A stretch of 63,283 nucleotides of DNA, the filler included. It is 5 parts of 5 records of this genome, joined end to end, with 100 filler letters (N's around TTAATTAATTAA, not from the genome) between each part and the next. Parts side by side here need not be neighbours in the genome. Positions count along the whole stretch, not along the records: positions 1 to 28,558 come from SRR20825019_2689; 4 more parts are not named here. One strand, 5' to 3'. The translations under genes were made by a program, and so were the position numbers. Each line of letters opens with the position of its first letter. Within the stretch, counting starts at the first letter, position 1. This document shows positions 1 through 9,689 of the stretch, in pieces. The notes beneath the pieces are model-generated. The model did no database searches. It was not told where the DNA came from and saw only the letters and a list, made by a program, of their open reading frames with translations.

Positions 1-1
1 T

Positions 2-892
2 TTAGCTGAGTTTAACGGATGTCCTGATACGGATAAAGACGGAATTCCAGATAAAGATGACGCGTGTCCAGAAGAAGCAGGAGATCTTGCATTCAACGGT
101 TGTCCAGATAGAGATAATGACAGCATTATTGATAAAAATGATGATTGTCCAGACGTTGCAGGTTTACCAGCATTCAGAGGATGTCCAGATACAGATGGTG
201 ACGGAATCAAAGATGAAGACGATGCTTGTCCAGATGTTCCAGGACCAGTTGTAAACAATGGTTGCCCTGATACAGATGGTGATGGATTGTTCGACTTTAT
301 CGATGGATGTCCAACAGAATTCGGACCGAAAGAAAATAATGGTTGTCCTTGGCCAGATACAGATGGTGACGGATTATTGGATAAAGATGATAAATGTCCA
401 AATACACCTGGACCGATCAAAAATGATGGTTGCCCTTACCAAGATACCGACAATGACGGTGTACTTGATAAAGACGATAAATGTCCAAACACACCAGGAC
501 CAGTATCGAACGAAGGATGTCCAGAAATTGAGAAAGAAGTAGCAGAAATTTTGAAAACAGCCTTCGAGAACTTAGAGTTCGAAACAGGAAAAGATGTTAT
601 CAAACAAGCTTCTCTTCCATCATTAACTGAACTTGCAGAAGTGTTATTGAAGAAACCAGAGTGGAAACTTCAAATTGCAGGTCACACGGATAATGTCGGA
701 AATGATCAATCGAACTTGATTCTTTCTAAGAAACGATCTGAATCAGTGAAAGCGTTTATGATTTCAAAAGGAATCGATGCTTCAAGATTAAACGCACTTT
801 ACTTCGGTGAAACTCAACCGATCGGTGACAACAATACACCAGAAGGTCGTCAGAAAAACAGACGTGTAGAGATGACTATTGTATTTGAATAA
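2..892 (+). CDS. OmpA-family protein with thrombospondin type-3 (Ca-binding) repeats, 5' truncated
   Basis: Frame open from base 2; repeated GCPDxDxDGxxDxxDxCP units; C-terminal OmpA domain (GHTDNVG, LSKKRSESV, GRQKNRRVE). Confidence 0.9.
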   Translation, partial: LAEFNGCPDTDKDGIPDKDDACPEEAGDLAFNGCPDRDNDSIIDKNDDCPDVAGLPAFRGCPDTDGDGIKDEDDACPDVPGPVVNNGCPDTDGDGLFDFIDGCPTEFGPKENNGCPWPDTDGDGLLDKDDKCPNTPGPIKNDGCPYQDTDNDGVLDKDDKCPNTPGPVSNEGCPEIEKEVAEILKTAFENLEFETGKDVIKQASLPSLTELAEVLLKKPEWKLQIAGHTDNVGNDQSNLILSKKRSESVKAFMISKGIDASRLNALYFGETQPIGDNNTPEGRQKNRRVEMTIVFE

Positions 893-911
893 TCTCACAC
901 AATAATTTGAG

Positions 912-944
912 AAAGGGTCGGTTGAATTCAATCGACCCTTTTTT
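912..944 (+). terminator. Rho-independent terminator
   Basis: AAAGGGTCGGTTGAA/TTCAATCGACCCTTT hairpin plus T run after the OmpA stop. Confidence 0.8.
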
Positions 945-1043
945 GTTTATGTTCGTCGAATCGATTGCTACCTCTGCCGAATGTTGATCTTAAAAGTTTG
1001 ATCTTAAGCAGTCAATGGGTAACTTACCGCCAAGTTAACTCCC

Positions 1044-1589
1044 ATGAAACTTATATTTAAACTACTCTTTGTGTTCATTTCTATCGCTACGATGATTCTC
1101 ATCACGGCGTTGTTCGTACAGAAAGAAATTTCGGTAAAAGAAGCACTAACCATCAACAAACCAATCGACGAAGTTTTCAATTACGTAAGGCTTATCAATA
1201 ATCAAAAAGATTACGTTGTTTGGGAATCCAAAAATCAATCAAAAAAAATACTCAAAAACACTTCTGATGGAACTGTGGGATACATCTCAACGGATGAATT
1301 TTGCATCGAATCAGTAGGCAAAGGCAGATTTAAAATTGTTGAAATCGTCCCTGATGAATTGATTAGATGCATTCTTGTAAATAGTTCAGGACAGCCACTG
1401 AGCGCGGAATTAATCATATCAACCGAATTCTTTGAAGAATCGATCACTTTATGTTCGTTTGAACTTTCAGTAAAAGAATCCTACCCGTATAACATTAAAC
1501 TGCTCTTTTCAGAAATGCCCTCCAAAGGATCAACAAGTTTACAACAAAGTGTTAAAAACCTGAAAACCATTTTAGAATCCCAAGAATAA
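1044..1589 (+). CDS. SRPBCC/polyketide-cyclase-like protein with N-terminal membrane anchor
   Basis: Hydrophobic N-terminus; INKPIDEVFNYV and DGTVG motifs; C-terminal helix NLKTILE. Confidence 0.6.
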   Translation: MKLIFKLLFVFISIATMILITALFVQKEISVKEALTINKPIDEVFNYVRLINNQKDYVVWESKNQSKKILKNTSDGTVGYISTDEFCIESVGKGRFKIVEIVPDELIRCILVNSSGQPLSAELIISTEFFEESITLCSFELSVKESYPYNIKLLFSEMPSKGSTSLQQSVKNLKTILESQE

Positions 1590-1636
1590 GTCTTCGTAAC
1601 TTGTGCTGAACGAAATTTTTACTTTAATTTTAGACA

Positions 1637-3244
1637 GTGATTCAACTAGCAAAAAAACATCGCTTTTTTTTAAGTATTCTTTCTGGAATTCTAATGGTTA
1701 TTTCCTTCCCGTTTTCAGGAAGTTTAACCCCCGTAATTTTCATCTCATGGGTACCACTTCTGCTCCTTGAAAGTTATATTTCAGAGAAAAATTATCGTTC
1801 ACGAAAAGTCTTCACGCACGCTTACCTCACTTTTTTCATCTATAACATTGGTGCTACTTGGTGGGTTTGGAATGCGAGCATAGGCGGATCAATAATGGCA
1901 TTTTTTGCCAATACGCTCATAATGGCGCTTGCTTTTCAACTATTTCACCTAACCAAAAAACACGTTGGAAAAAAGGAAGGCTATCTCTCCCTCCCAATTT
2001 ACTGGATCAGCTTTGAGTTCATGCACTATCATTGGGAAGCATCTTGGACTTGGTTAACGTATGGAAACGCCTTCAGTATCGTTCCTTCGTGGATTCAATG
2101 GTATGAGTATTCTGGAGTTCTCGGTGGAACTCTTTGGGTTTTGCTTATTAACCTTTTGGTTTTCAGAATCTATCAAAATGTGATCTTCAAAGGTGAAACG
2201 TGGAGAATTCAAACGCCTCTTATTTGGTTAGCAGTCATTACACTTGTTGTACCATTGTCCATTTCGATCACGACCTATTTAACTTACAACGAGAAGGTAA
2301 ACCCTGCGGAAATCGTTGTTGTCCAGCCAAACATCGATCCATACAACGAGAAGTTTACCTCCGACGTGAATACTCAAGTTGAAAAAGTAATGAACCTCGC
2401 GAAGACAAAAGTGACGCAGAAAACGGACCTTGTTTTGGCACCAGAGACTGCAATCAGCTTAGCTTTCGAAGAGAAAAATTTTCACATTCACACTTTTCAC
2501 AATATAATTTTACAAGCAAAACAGGAAATGTTTGAGGTTCCTATTTGCATTGGCGCATCTACTTGGAAACAATTTGATACGCGTCAATCCCGAGCTTCGT
2601 TCGAAATTGACGGAATGCCAGGGTATTTGGAGACGTACAATACAAGTTTGTTTATTTCGGAGAAGAACAATTTCTATTTCATACATAAATCGAAATTAGT
2701 TCCTGGCGTAGAAGCGATTCCTTTTTCCAATTGGTTTCCATTTTTAGAAGACCTTGCTGTTGATCTCGATGGAGCCAGTGGAACGTTAGGCATTGAATCT
2801 GGCCCAAAGATATTTCAAACGAAGAAACTAAAGTTTGCCCCAGTAGTTTGCTATGAATCCATTTATGGAGGTTGGGTTGCTCAACAATGTAAGAAAGGTG
2901 CTGAACTGATCTGTATTTCAACCAATGATGGTTGGTGGAAAGACACTCCTGGCTACAAACAACACATGAGTTTTGCTCGACTGCGCGCCATTGAGAATCG
3001 AAGATCAGTTGCACGATCAGCGAATACTGGAACAAGTGGATTTATTAACCAACGCGGAGATATTATCGAAGCGAGTGATTGGTGGGTTCCAGCAGTTATA
3101 AAAAGAACTGTCAACTTGAATGATGAGGAAACGTTTTACATGACCTACGGAGATGTTCTTGGAAGAAGCCTCTCATTTGTATCTGTTCTGCTTATCCTTT
3201 TTACATTTGTAAGACGATTTAAAAAACGATTCACCGCAAAATGA
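1637..3244 (+). CDS. lnt: Apolipoprotein N-acyltransferase
   Basis: Multi-TM N-terminus; nitrilase motifs VQPNID, PETA, KSKLVP, CYES, TNDGWW, RAIENRR, RSANTG. Confidence 0.93.
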   Translation: MIQLAKKHRFFLSILSGILMVISFPFSGSLTPVIFISWVPLLLLESYISEKNYRSRKVFTHAYLTFFIYNIGATWWVWNASIGGSIMAFFANTLIMALAFQLFHLTKKHVGKKEGYLSLPIYWISFEFMHYHWEASWTWLTYGNAFSIVPSWIQWYEYSGVLGGTLWVLLINLLVFRIYQNVIFKGETWRIQTPLIWLAVITLVVPLSISITTYLTYNEKVNPAEIVVVQPNIDPYNEKFTSDVNTQVEKVMNLAKTKVTQKTDLVLAPETAISLAFEEKNFHIHTFHNIILQAKQEMFEVPICIGASTWKQFDTRQSRASFEIDGMPGYLETYNTSLFISEKNNFYFIHKSKLVPGVEAIPFSNWFPFLEDLAVDLDGASGTLGIESGPKIFQTKKLKFAPVVCYESIYGGWVAQQCKKGAELICISTNDGWWKDTPGYKQHMSFARLRAIENRRSVARSANTGTSGFINQRGDIIEASDWWVPAVIKRTVNLNDEETFYMTYGDVLGRSLSFVSVLLILFTFVRRFKKRFTAK

Positions 3245-3795
3245 CAGCAAAAAACAGCATCGATTCCGAAGAACTCATTGAAGAGCACAGCGATTACCTG
3301 CTTTCATTCGCTTTAACAAAGTTAAGTGATCGTGAGGTAGCCAAAGATCTCGTTCAGGACACTTTCGTTTCTGCTTTAACAAAACTGCATACTTTCGAAG
3401 AACGAAGCAAGCTAAGAACATGGCTTACAAGTATTCTCAACAGAAAAATCATTGATTATTGGCGAAAAGCCGAGACGCGCTATACGGATCCTGTTTCTAG
3501 TTTTTTTAGCCAAGACGAAAAAAAAGGTCACTGGCTCGATAGTCAGAAAGGGAATGCTACTTTAGAAACTGTTTTGGACAAGATCTCAGAAAGTGAGACG
3601 ATCCAAGAACTGAGCGATTGCTTGGACACGCTTCCAGAAAAATGGCGTGGAATTGTTGCACAGAAATACTTAGAAGAACAAAACACTGATGAGATTTGTA
3701 AGGAGTTCGAAATAACGCCGTCGAATTTGTGGGTAATTATTCATCGCGCTAAACTCGTTTTGAGAGATTGCCTACAACACAAATGGGAATTATGA
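3241..3795 (+). CDS. ECF sigma-70 factor
   Basis: AKDLVQDTF and RTWLTSILNRKIID region 2; region 4 ITPSNLWVIIHRAK. Confidence 0.9.
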   Translation: MTAKNSIDSEELIEEHSDYLLSFALTKLSDREVAKDLVQDTFVSALTKLHTFEERSKLRTWLTSILNRKIIDYWRKAETRYTDPVSSFFSQDEKKGHWLDSQKGNATLETVLDKISESETIQELSDCLDTLPEKWRGIVAQKYLEEQNTDEICKEFEITPSNLWVIIHRAKLVLRDCLQHKWEL

Positions 3796-4028
3796 AGCGC
3801 TGTCAAGACTACACAGAGGGGATGGAAAAGATGAAGGTTCAACGCCTTTCAATTTCTGAAAGAATTGGAATTCGTTTTCATTTGGCAATTTGCCCTAGAT
3901 GCCGCAAGTATTTTCATGACAGTGAGCAATTAGACAAATGGCTCAAAAAGCGTTTCAAAGATTACTCGAAAAAGGATCGTTTTACTAGAGAAGAGAAAGA
4001 ATTACTTAAGGAGCGTCTTCGTTCTTAG
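3792..4028 (+). CDS. Small zinc-binding (ZAS/zf-HC2) anti-sigma factor
   Basis: HLAICPRC (HxxxCxxC) plus N-terminal Cys; ATG at 3792 overlaps the sigma stop. Confidence 0.75.
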   Translation: MKRCQDYTEGMEKMKVQRLSISERIGIRFHLAICPRCRKYFHDSEQLDKWLKKRFKDYSKKDRFTREEKELLKERLRS

Positions 4029-5610
4029 GTTTTCTAAATCGGACTATTCCCATTTTCTCCTTCTTCCAGGCGACTGAGTACAAGAGCATTTCTCCCGTTT
4101 TATAGCTTACGTTAAAAAGCTTTGGAATGGCAAGAGTTTTGGTTTCTGCTCGATCAAAAAAGACACTTCTGTTAATGGAACCATCCAGTAGATCGATTCC
4201 TGCAATGCCAACCACATTTCTCTTTCGACTAAAATTTGCTGTGTAAATATCTTCTCTCTCTATAAAAACTCCGGTACTATCATAGTTACGTCTGTCATCG
4301 TTGAATACGAAATGGAGCATTCCTTCATCTAAAAAGCTCTCATAACTGCTATATGGTCCACCATCATTGACGGAAACTTGATATTTACGAATCTTTTTTA
4401 CCCAATCAAACGCCCCTGAAGGATTCACTCGATATACAATGATGTCGTTATAATAGTAATAATACGCACTTGACGTTTGTCCAACCCGCATATCTGGATT
4501 GGCCCGCATTTGAACATAATACTGCTCCATTGTCCCCACAATTGAACCGTCTTCTAGAAAAACAGCATTCCGCATTCGATAATTGTAAAGATAAGGCTCT
4601 CCTTTTCCAGCATCCTTCTTTCGTTGGAATCGTCTTACTGCGTGATCAGACCAATTTTCAGTAATGAAATCCTCATCAAACTTCTGGAATCCTTCACTGA
4701 TCATTTTCCCAGTTCGCAACTCAGCCTTTCGATAAAAAATCCCACTCACACCACTTACATCCTTCTCGCCGTAGACACCTGTTAGTGTAAATACATCAGA
4801 AGAATCGGAGGTTAATGCTAGTGCAACAACTCTCTTTCCATTCAGTTGTAATTCAAAATCTTGCAGTCCTTCATTTTCGGTGATGTGGTAGATATGCAGC
4901 GCTTTGTAGTCGCTCGGTTTTTTAAATAAACCACCTCTTTCTGGCGTCGAAAACTCAGTCACACATAAAAAATAATCTCCTTGATCAGAAATATGATGTT
5001 CATGAATCGTAGATAAATCAGGTTCAAAAGGCAACGGATACTCTCCTTCTTGAATCAAGTTTAATGAATTATCGTAAACCTTAAACCCATACAAATGGCG
5101 CATTTCCTTTTTTCCTAGAACGCTCCAAACAACAGCAAAGTACTTTCCATTTTTGGAGATTTTCACATCAAAGCTCCCCTTTCCTCTTTTTCTATCTAAA
5201 TCAAAATCAGCTAAATGAATCGCCTCACCATCCTTCTCAAGATTTGCCGTGTAGCGTTGCATGTAATAGTGATTCTTTTCATCCTTTTTGTCCGATAAAA
5301 ACACCACGGGTAAATCTCCAATGATGCGCGCACCTTCAAACGTAGAAATACTTCGATCAGCGATTGGTTTGATTCGAATCGTTTCCTTTATTTTTAACTC
5401 TTGATGATGCGACAGCTGATATGAGCCAAATGAACGTCCACCAGACCATCGGAGTGCATAAAAATCATTCTCCGAACTCGGCAGTAAATACAGAAGATTC
5501 CCTCTTTTGCGTTCGAGTTCACCCCATTCAACGGAATAATCTTGTGAGAAAACCGATTGAACAAAACCAAGAATAAAAAACAATAAGCAATAATGCGCTG
5601 CTCTAAGCAT
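4006..5610 (-). CDS. Secreted hypothetical protein (paralogue A)
   Basis: 534 aa ORF with signal peptide; colinear similarity to 5698-7278. Confidence 0.75.
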   Translation of the reverse strand: MLRAAHYCLLFFILGFVQSVFSQDYSVEWGELERKRGNLLYLLPSSENDFYALRWSGGRSFGSYQLSHHQELKIKETIRIKPIADRSISTFEGARIIGDLPVVFLSDKKDEKNHYYMQRYTANLEKDGEAIHLADFDLDRKRGKGSFDVKISKNGKYFAVVWSVLGKKEMRHLYGFKVYDNSLNLIQEGEYPLPFEPDLSTIHEHHISDQGDYFLCVTEFSTPERGGLFKKPSDYKALHIYHITENEGLQDFELQLNGKRVVALALTSDSSDVFTLTGVYGEKDVSGVSGIFYRKAELRTGKMISEGFQKFDEDFITENWSDHAVRRFQRKKDAGKGEPYLYNYRMRNAVFLEDGSIVGTMEQYYVQMRANPDMRVGQTSSAYYYYYNDIIVYRVNPSGAFDWVKKIRKYQVSVNDGGPYSSYESFLDEGMLHFVFNDDRRNYDSTGVFIEREDIYTANFSRKRNVVGIAGIDLLDGSINRSVFFDRAETKTLAIPKLFNVSYKTGEMLLYSVAWKKEKMGIVRFRKPKNEDAP

Positions 5611-5640
5611 AAATGGGGCTTTCTATAAAGCTACTAAATA

Positions 5641-5673
5641 AAAAAGTTCCGTACGTTATTGCACGGAACTTTT
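5641..5673 (-). terminator. Rho-independent terminator between the paralogues
   Basis: Minus strand AAAAGTTCCGTGC-AATAAC-GTACGGAACTTTTT. Confidence 0.75.
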
Positions 5674-5697
5674 GAAATAAATAGATTCAATGGTCGA

Positions 5698-7278
5698 TTA
5701 TTCTCCAATTTTCATAACCCCGAATTTTTCCTTCTTACCCATTATCGCGTAAAGAAGGACCTCTCCTGAACTATAATCTACATTAAATAGTTTGGGAACT
5801 GCAACTGCCCCAAGATCAGCGCGTTTAAAGAATGACTCTCGGCTTAAATCTCCTGTTTCCAAGTCAATTTCTACTAATCCAACTACATTTTTTCGTTTAG
5901 ACACTCTAGCGCTACTCACCTTTTCATCGTCAAGAAACGCTCCTGATTCATCATAGTTTGCGGCATTATCGTTAAAAATGAAATAAAGTTTACCGTTAGA
6001 AACAAATCGCTCATAAGAACTATAGTATCCACCATCATTTGTCGAAACTTGGTACTTATCGATTTTCTTCAACCAATCAAATCCTCCATCTTCTCCAACG
6101 CGGAATGTAACAATGTCATTGTAATAATACGTGTACGTTGTTGTTGTGGCTCCAGTTCTAGGGTCGGTACGAGTTGTAACCACCACATAGTATTGCTCCA
6201 TCGAACCAACTACGCTTCCATCAGGTAGAACCTCCAATTGGCGCATTACATAGCGAAAAAGTGCTGGCTCAACATCCTTTCCTTTGGCCTTTTTCTTTTC
6301 CATTTTCTCCTTTGCACGATCAGACCAGTCTTGTGTAATAAAATCAGCTCCAAATTCTTCGAACCCTTCCGTTAAGATCTCTTGGTTTTTGAAATCAGCT
6401 TTTAAGTAGAACATTCCTTTCACACCAGATTTCCCTTTTTCTCCGTACGTACCTGCAATTGTGAAGATTTTCGCGTTGTCTGAACTAAAGGTCATCGCCT
6501 CTACTCGTTTACCCGCTAGATCAATAACCATGTCCTCCAATCCATTTTCAGAAATATGAAAAATGTGCGTTGCGACAAAATCCTTGTAATTTCTAAAGAT
6601 TCTTTTTTTATCTGTATTCTTCTCGTATTCAGTCACAGTGAGAAATAAATCACCCGTATTTGAAAGGTAAAATCCGTTGAGCGAAACATATTGCTGTTCA
6701 AAAGGCATTTCGTATTCACCTTCTGTGACCATGCTCAACTCCTTATCAAAAATCTTATAGCCATACGTCGGCTCTTCAGATTTCTTTCCAGGAATAGACC
6801 AAACAACAGCAAAATAATCTCTTCCTCGAGAAGTAATAATGGAAAAATCTCCTTGGAAACGTCCGCGCTTACCGTCAATGGAATAACTTGCCAACTCCAT
6901 CGCATCTCCATTTGGAGTAACGTCATCGTTATATTCAGTCATGAAGAATTTATTCTCTCCATCCTTTTTGTCAGATAAGAAAACTACGAAGCGATTTCCA
7001 ACAATAGCAGATCCTTCATAAGTAGCCATGCTTCCTTGAGCTCTCAATTCCAATGCCTCATTCGCTGTTTGCATAAGGTTTTCGTGGTGCGTTGCTTTTA
7101 GCTTTCCCAAAAGTGCTCCACCCGACCAACGTAGCGCGAAAAAATCATTCGAATTTCTTGCGATAATATCTCTGAGCCTTCCATTTTGACGCTCTAAATC
7201 GCTCCATTCAACACTAAAAGGTTGACTTAATGCTTGAAAAGCAAATACGGTAAATAGTACTATTAACGTGTTTTTCAT
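5698..7278 (-). CDS. Secreted hypothetical protein (paralogue B)
   Basis: 526 aa ORF with signal peptide; shares ALRWSGG, MEQYYV, YYYNDI, KYQVSxNDGG and PKLFNV with 4006-5610. Confidence 0.75.
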   Translation of the reverse strand: MKNTLIVLFTVFAFQALSQPFSVEWSDLERQNGRLRDIIARNSNDFFALRWSGGALLGKLKATHHENLMQTANEALELRAQGSMATYEGSAIVGNRFVVFLSDKKDGENKFFMTEYNDDVTPNGDAMELASYSIDGKRGRFQGDFSIITSRGRDYFAVVWSIPGKKSEEPTYGYKIFDKELSMVTEGEYEMPFEQQYVSLNGFYLSNTGDLFLTVTEYEKNTDKKRIFRNYKDFVATHIFHISENGLEDMVIDLAGKRVEAMTFSSDNAKIFTIAGTYGEKGKSGVKGMFYLKADFKNQEILTEGFEEFGADFITQDWSDRAKEKMEKKKAKGKDVEPALFRYVMRQLEVLPDGSVVGSMEQYYVVVTTRTDPRTGATTTTYTYYYNDIVTFRVGEDGGFDWLKKIDKYQVSTNDGGYYSSYERFVSNGKLYFIFNDNAANYDESGAFLDDEKVSSARVSKRKNVVGLVEIDLETGDLSRESFFKRADLGAVAVPKLFNVDYSSGEVLLYAIMGKKEKFGVMKIGE

Positions 7279-7315
7279 GTTTATATATGATGTAAATATA
7301 AGGAAGAGTTCGTGT

Positions 7316-8671
7316 CTATTTCACGAGTTGAATTCCTGTATAATTCTGTGGGGTTATTTTCTTCAATTCATCTTTTAAAATCTCAGAAATATCCAATGTA
7401 TCTACAAAAGCATGAACTGTCTCTTTGGTAACAGCTTCATTCTTTCTCGTCAATCCCTTCAATGCTTCGTACGGTTTTGGATAACCTTCTCTTCGAAGAA
7501 TGGTTTGAATTGCTTCTGCAACCACTGCCCAGTTGTTTTCCAAATCACGCTCGAATGCATCTACGTTTAACAATAGTTTTTCTATTCCTTTTAGTGTAGA
7601 CTTGAATGCGATAAATGTGTGCGCTAATGGCATTCCAATCGTTCTTAACACGGTAGAATCCGTTAAATCTCTCTGTAAACGAGAAACCGGAAGCTTCGCA
7701 GATAAGTGTTCGAAAAGTGCATTTGCAATTCCAATATTCCCTTCTGAGTTTTCAAAATCGATTGGGTTTACTTTGTGTGGCATTGCTGAAGAACCAACTT
7801 CTCCCTCTTTCAATTTTTGCTTGAAATACTCCATGGAAATATATGTCCACATATCTCGATCTAAATCGAGAATAATCGTATTGATTCGCTTTAAACCATC
7901 AAAAAGTGCTGCCAAATTATCGTAGTGCTCTATTTGCGTTGTTGTTTGACTTCTTGAAAGACCAAGAATGTCATTTACAAAATTGTTCGCAAAACTCACC
8001 CAGTCATTTTCACTGTACGCAACGTGATGTGCATTGAAGTTTCCTGTTGCTCCACCGAACTTTGCTGAAAATGGTACATTCAAGAGTTGATCGCGTTGAA
8101 CAGTTAATCGCTCAACAAAAACTTGAATTTCTTTTCCTAAACGCGTTGGCGAAGCAGGCTGACCGTGTGTTTTAGCTAGCATTGAAATATCCTTCCAATC
8201 TTGACTCAAACCAGCCAATGTGTCAATCAATTCGTTTAGTAATGGAAGATATGCTTCTGAAATCGCATCTTTCAACGAAAGTGGAATCGACGTATTGTTA
8301 ATGTCTTGTGACGTTAACCCGAAGTGAACGAACTCTAGATGTTTCTCAAGTCCAAGTTGAGTCATTCTATCTTTCAAGAAATACTCAACGGCTTTCACAT
8401 CGTGATTTGTTGTTTTCTCAATATTCTTAATCCAAAGTGCATCCTCTTCAGAGAAGTTCGTGCAAATTGCTCTTAAATCTTCATAACTCGCCTTCGGAAA
8501 ATCAGCAAGTGCGCTAACACCGCTTTCAACCATTGCGATAAAATATTCCACTTCAACAATTACTCGGTAGCGAATAAGTCCGAATTCGGAAAAATATTTT
8601 TGTAGCTCTTTTGTCTTTGATTCGTATCTTCCGTCGATCGGAGAAATGGCTGTGAGTGGACTAAAGTTCAT
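7316..8671 (-). CDS. purB: Adenylosuccinate lyase
   Basis: SPIDGRY, TNHDVKAVEY and GSSAMPHKVNPIDFENSEGN signature. Confidence 0.97.
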   Translation of the reverse strand: MNFSPLTAISPIDGRYESKTKELQKYFSEFGLIRYRVIVEVEYFIAMVESGVSALADFPKASYEDLRAICTNFSEEDALWIKNIEKTTNHDVKAVEYFLKDRMTQLGLEKHLEFVHFGLTSQDINNTSIPLSLKDAISEAYLPLLNELIDTLAGLSQDWKDISMLAKTHGQPASPTRLGKEIQVFVERLTVQRDQLLNVPFSAKFGGATGNFNAHHVAYSENDWVSFANNFVNDILGLSRSQTTTQIEHYDNLAALFDGLKRINTIILDLDRDMWTYISMEYFKQKLKEGEVGSSAMPHKVNPIDFENSEGNIGIANALFEHLSAKLPVSRLQRDLTDSTVLRTIGMPLAHTFIAFKSTLKGIEKLLLNVDAFERDLENNWAVVAEAIQTILRREGYPKPYEALKGLTRKNEAVTKETVHAFVDTLDISEILKDELKKITPQNYTGIQLVK

Positions 8672-8766
8672 GTTTTATTTATTGAACGCTTGAAAAATGA
8701 AAGTGCAAAGATACAAAAGCCATCATTAAATATTCGATTTGGAATTGCTTTGATTAATTTTGGTTC

Positions 8767-9621
8767 ATGCGCCTCTTGAAGAATGTATTATTTGGACTCC
8801 GTGCTTATTGGAAAGCCATCCGATTTATTATTGATAATCGTCTTTATTGGTACTTGATCATTCCTGCGATCCTTATGCTGGTGATTTATTCCATTGGAGC
8901 GAGTATCCAAGCGCACAAGTTCACAACGAATGCCTCCAACATGAACGAGATTATTTGGTACATTCTCAGTCTATTACTGGAAATATCCATCGCTATTCTC
9001 CTCATGAAATTCGCGAAGTACCTTGTCGTTACAATTCTTTCTCCCTTGCTCGCTCACTTGAGTCAAAAATGCGAGTACATCCTCACAGGAAACTCTTATC
9101 CATGGAATTGGGATCAACTTGTTTCTGATGTGAAACGCGCTATGAAAATTGTAGTCCGAAACTTAATGTGGGAGTATTTTTTCTTCATGATCATTTTAAT
9201 TGTCTCTTTTTTAGGATGGGAAAATCCAACCGCCTCTCCTATTTTCTATTTGTCCTTTGTGATTGGTTTTTATTACTACGGCTTTTCATTCATGGATTAT
9301 ATTAATGAACGTAGAAGACTTTCCGTAGATGAAAGCATCATGTTTATGCGGAAAAATCGCGGTCTCGCTATCGTGATTGGCGGCATCTATTCTATTATGA
9401 TTCTTGTTCCTGTGGATATTGAGGTTCTTTTTAACTTTTCGTCGTTTTCAACTGATTTCTGGGGAAGTTTAGCGCGATTCAGCTTAAACTTAGTACTTTG
9501 GATAAGTGCGTCAACAGCACCCATTCTGGCCATTGTAGCAGCAACAATCGCTATGCACGACCTCGTTGATCTTGGAACGAATAAACATTCAATTAAACCC
9601 GAGCAACACTCATCCGAATAA
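8767..9621 (+). CDS. EI24/CysZ-like membrane protein
   Basis: Multi-TM; LSPLLAHLSQKCE and YYGFSFMDYINERR motifs. Confidence 0.7.
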   Translation: MRLLKNVLFGLRAYWKAIRFIIDNRLYWYLIIPAILMLVIYSIGASIQAHKFTTNASNMNEIIWYILSLLLEISIAILLMKFAKYLVVTILSPLLAHLSQKCEYILTGNSYPWNWDQLVSDVKRAMKIVVRNLMWEYFFFMIILIVSFLGWENPTASPIFYLSFVIGFYYYGFSFMDYINERRRLSVDESIMFMRKNRGLAIVIGGIYSIMILVPVDIEVLFNFSSFSTDFWGSLARFSLNLVLWISASTAPILAIVAATIAMHDLVDLGTNKHSIKPEQHSSE

Positions 9622-9689
9622 AAAATAACTACTTTTTTACTTCCTTTTTAATACTTTTAGCTATTCAGTAAAAAAAGAAAAACATTACT

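Noticed and set aside
2-530. Quasi-periodic DNA repeats that might suggest a CRISPR array
   Set aside because: Degenerate coding repeats of TSP3 motifs; no identical repeats with unique spacers
952-982. CGAAT direct repeat at 21-nt spacing, possible LytTR site
   Set aside because: Too short and no cognate regulator nearby
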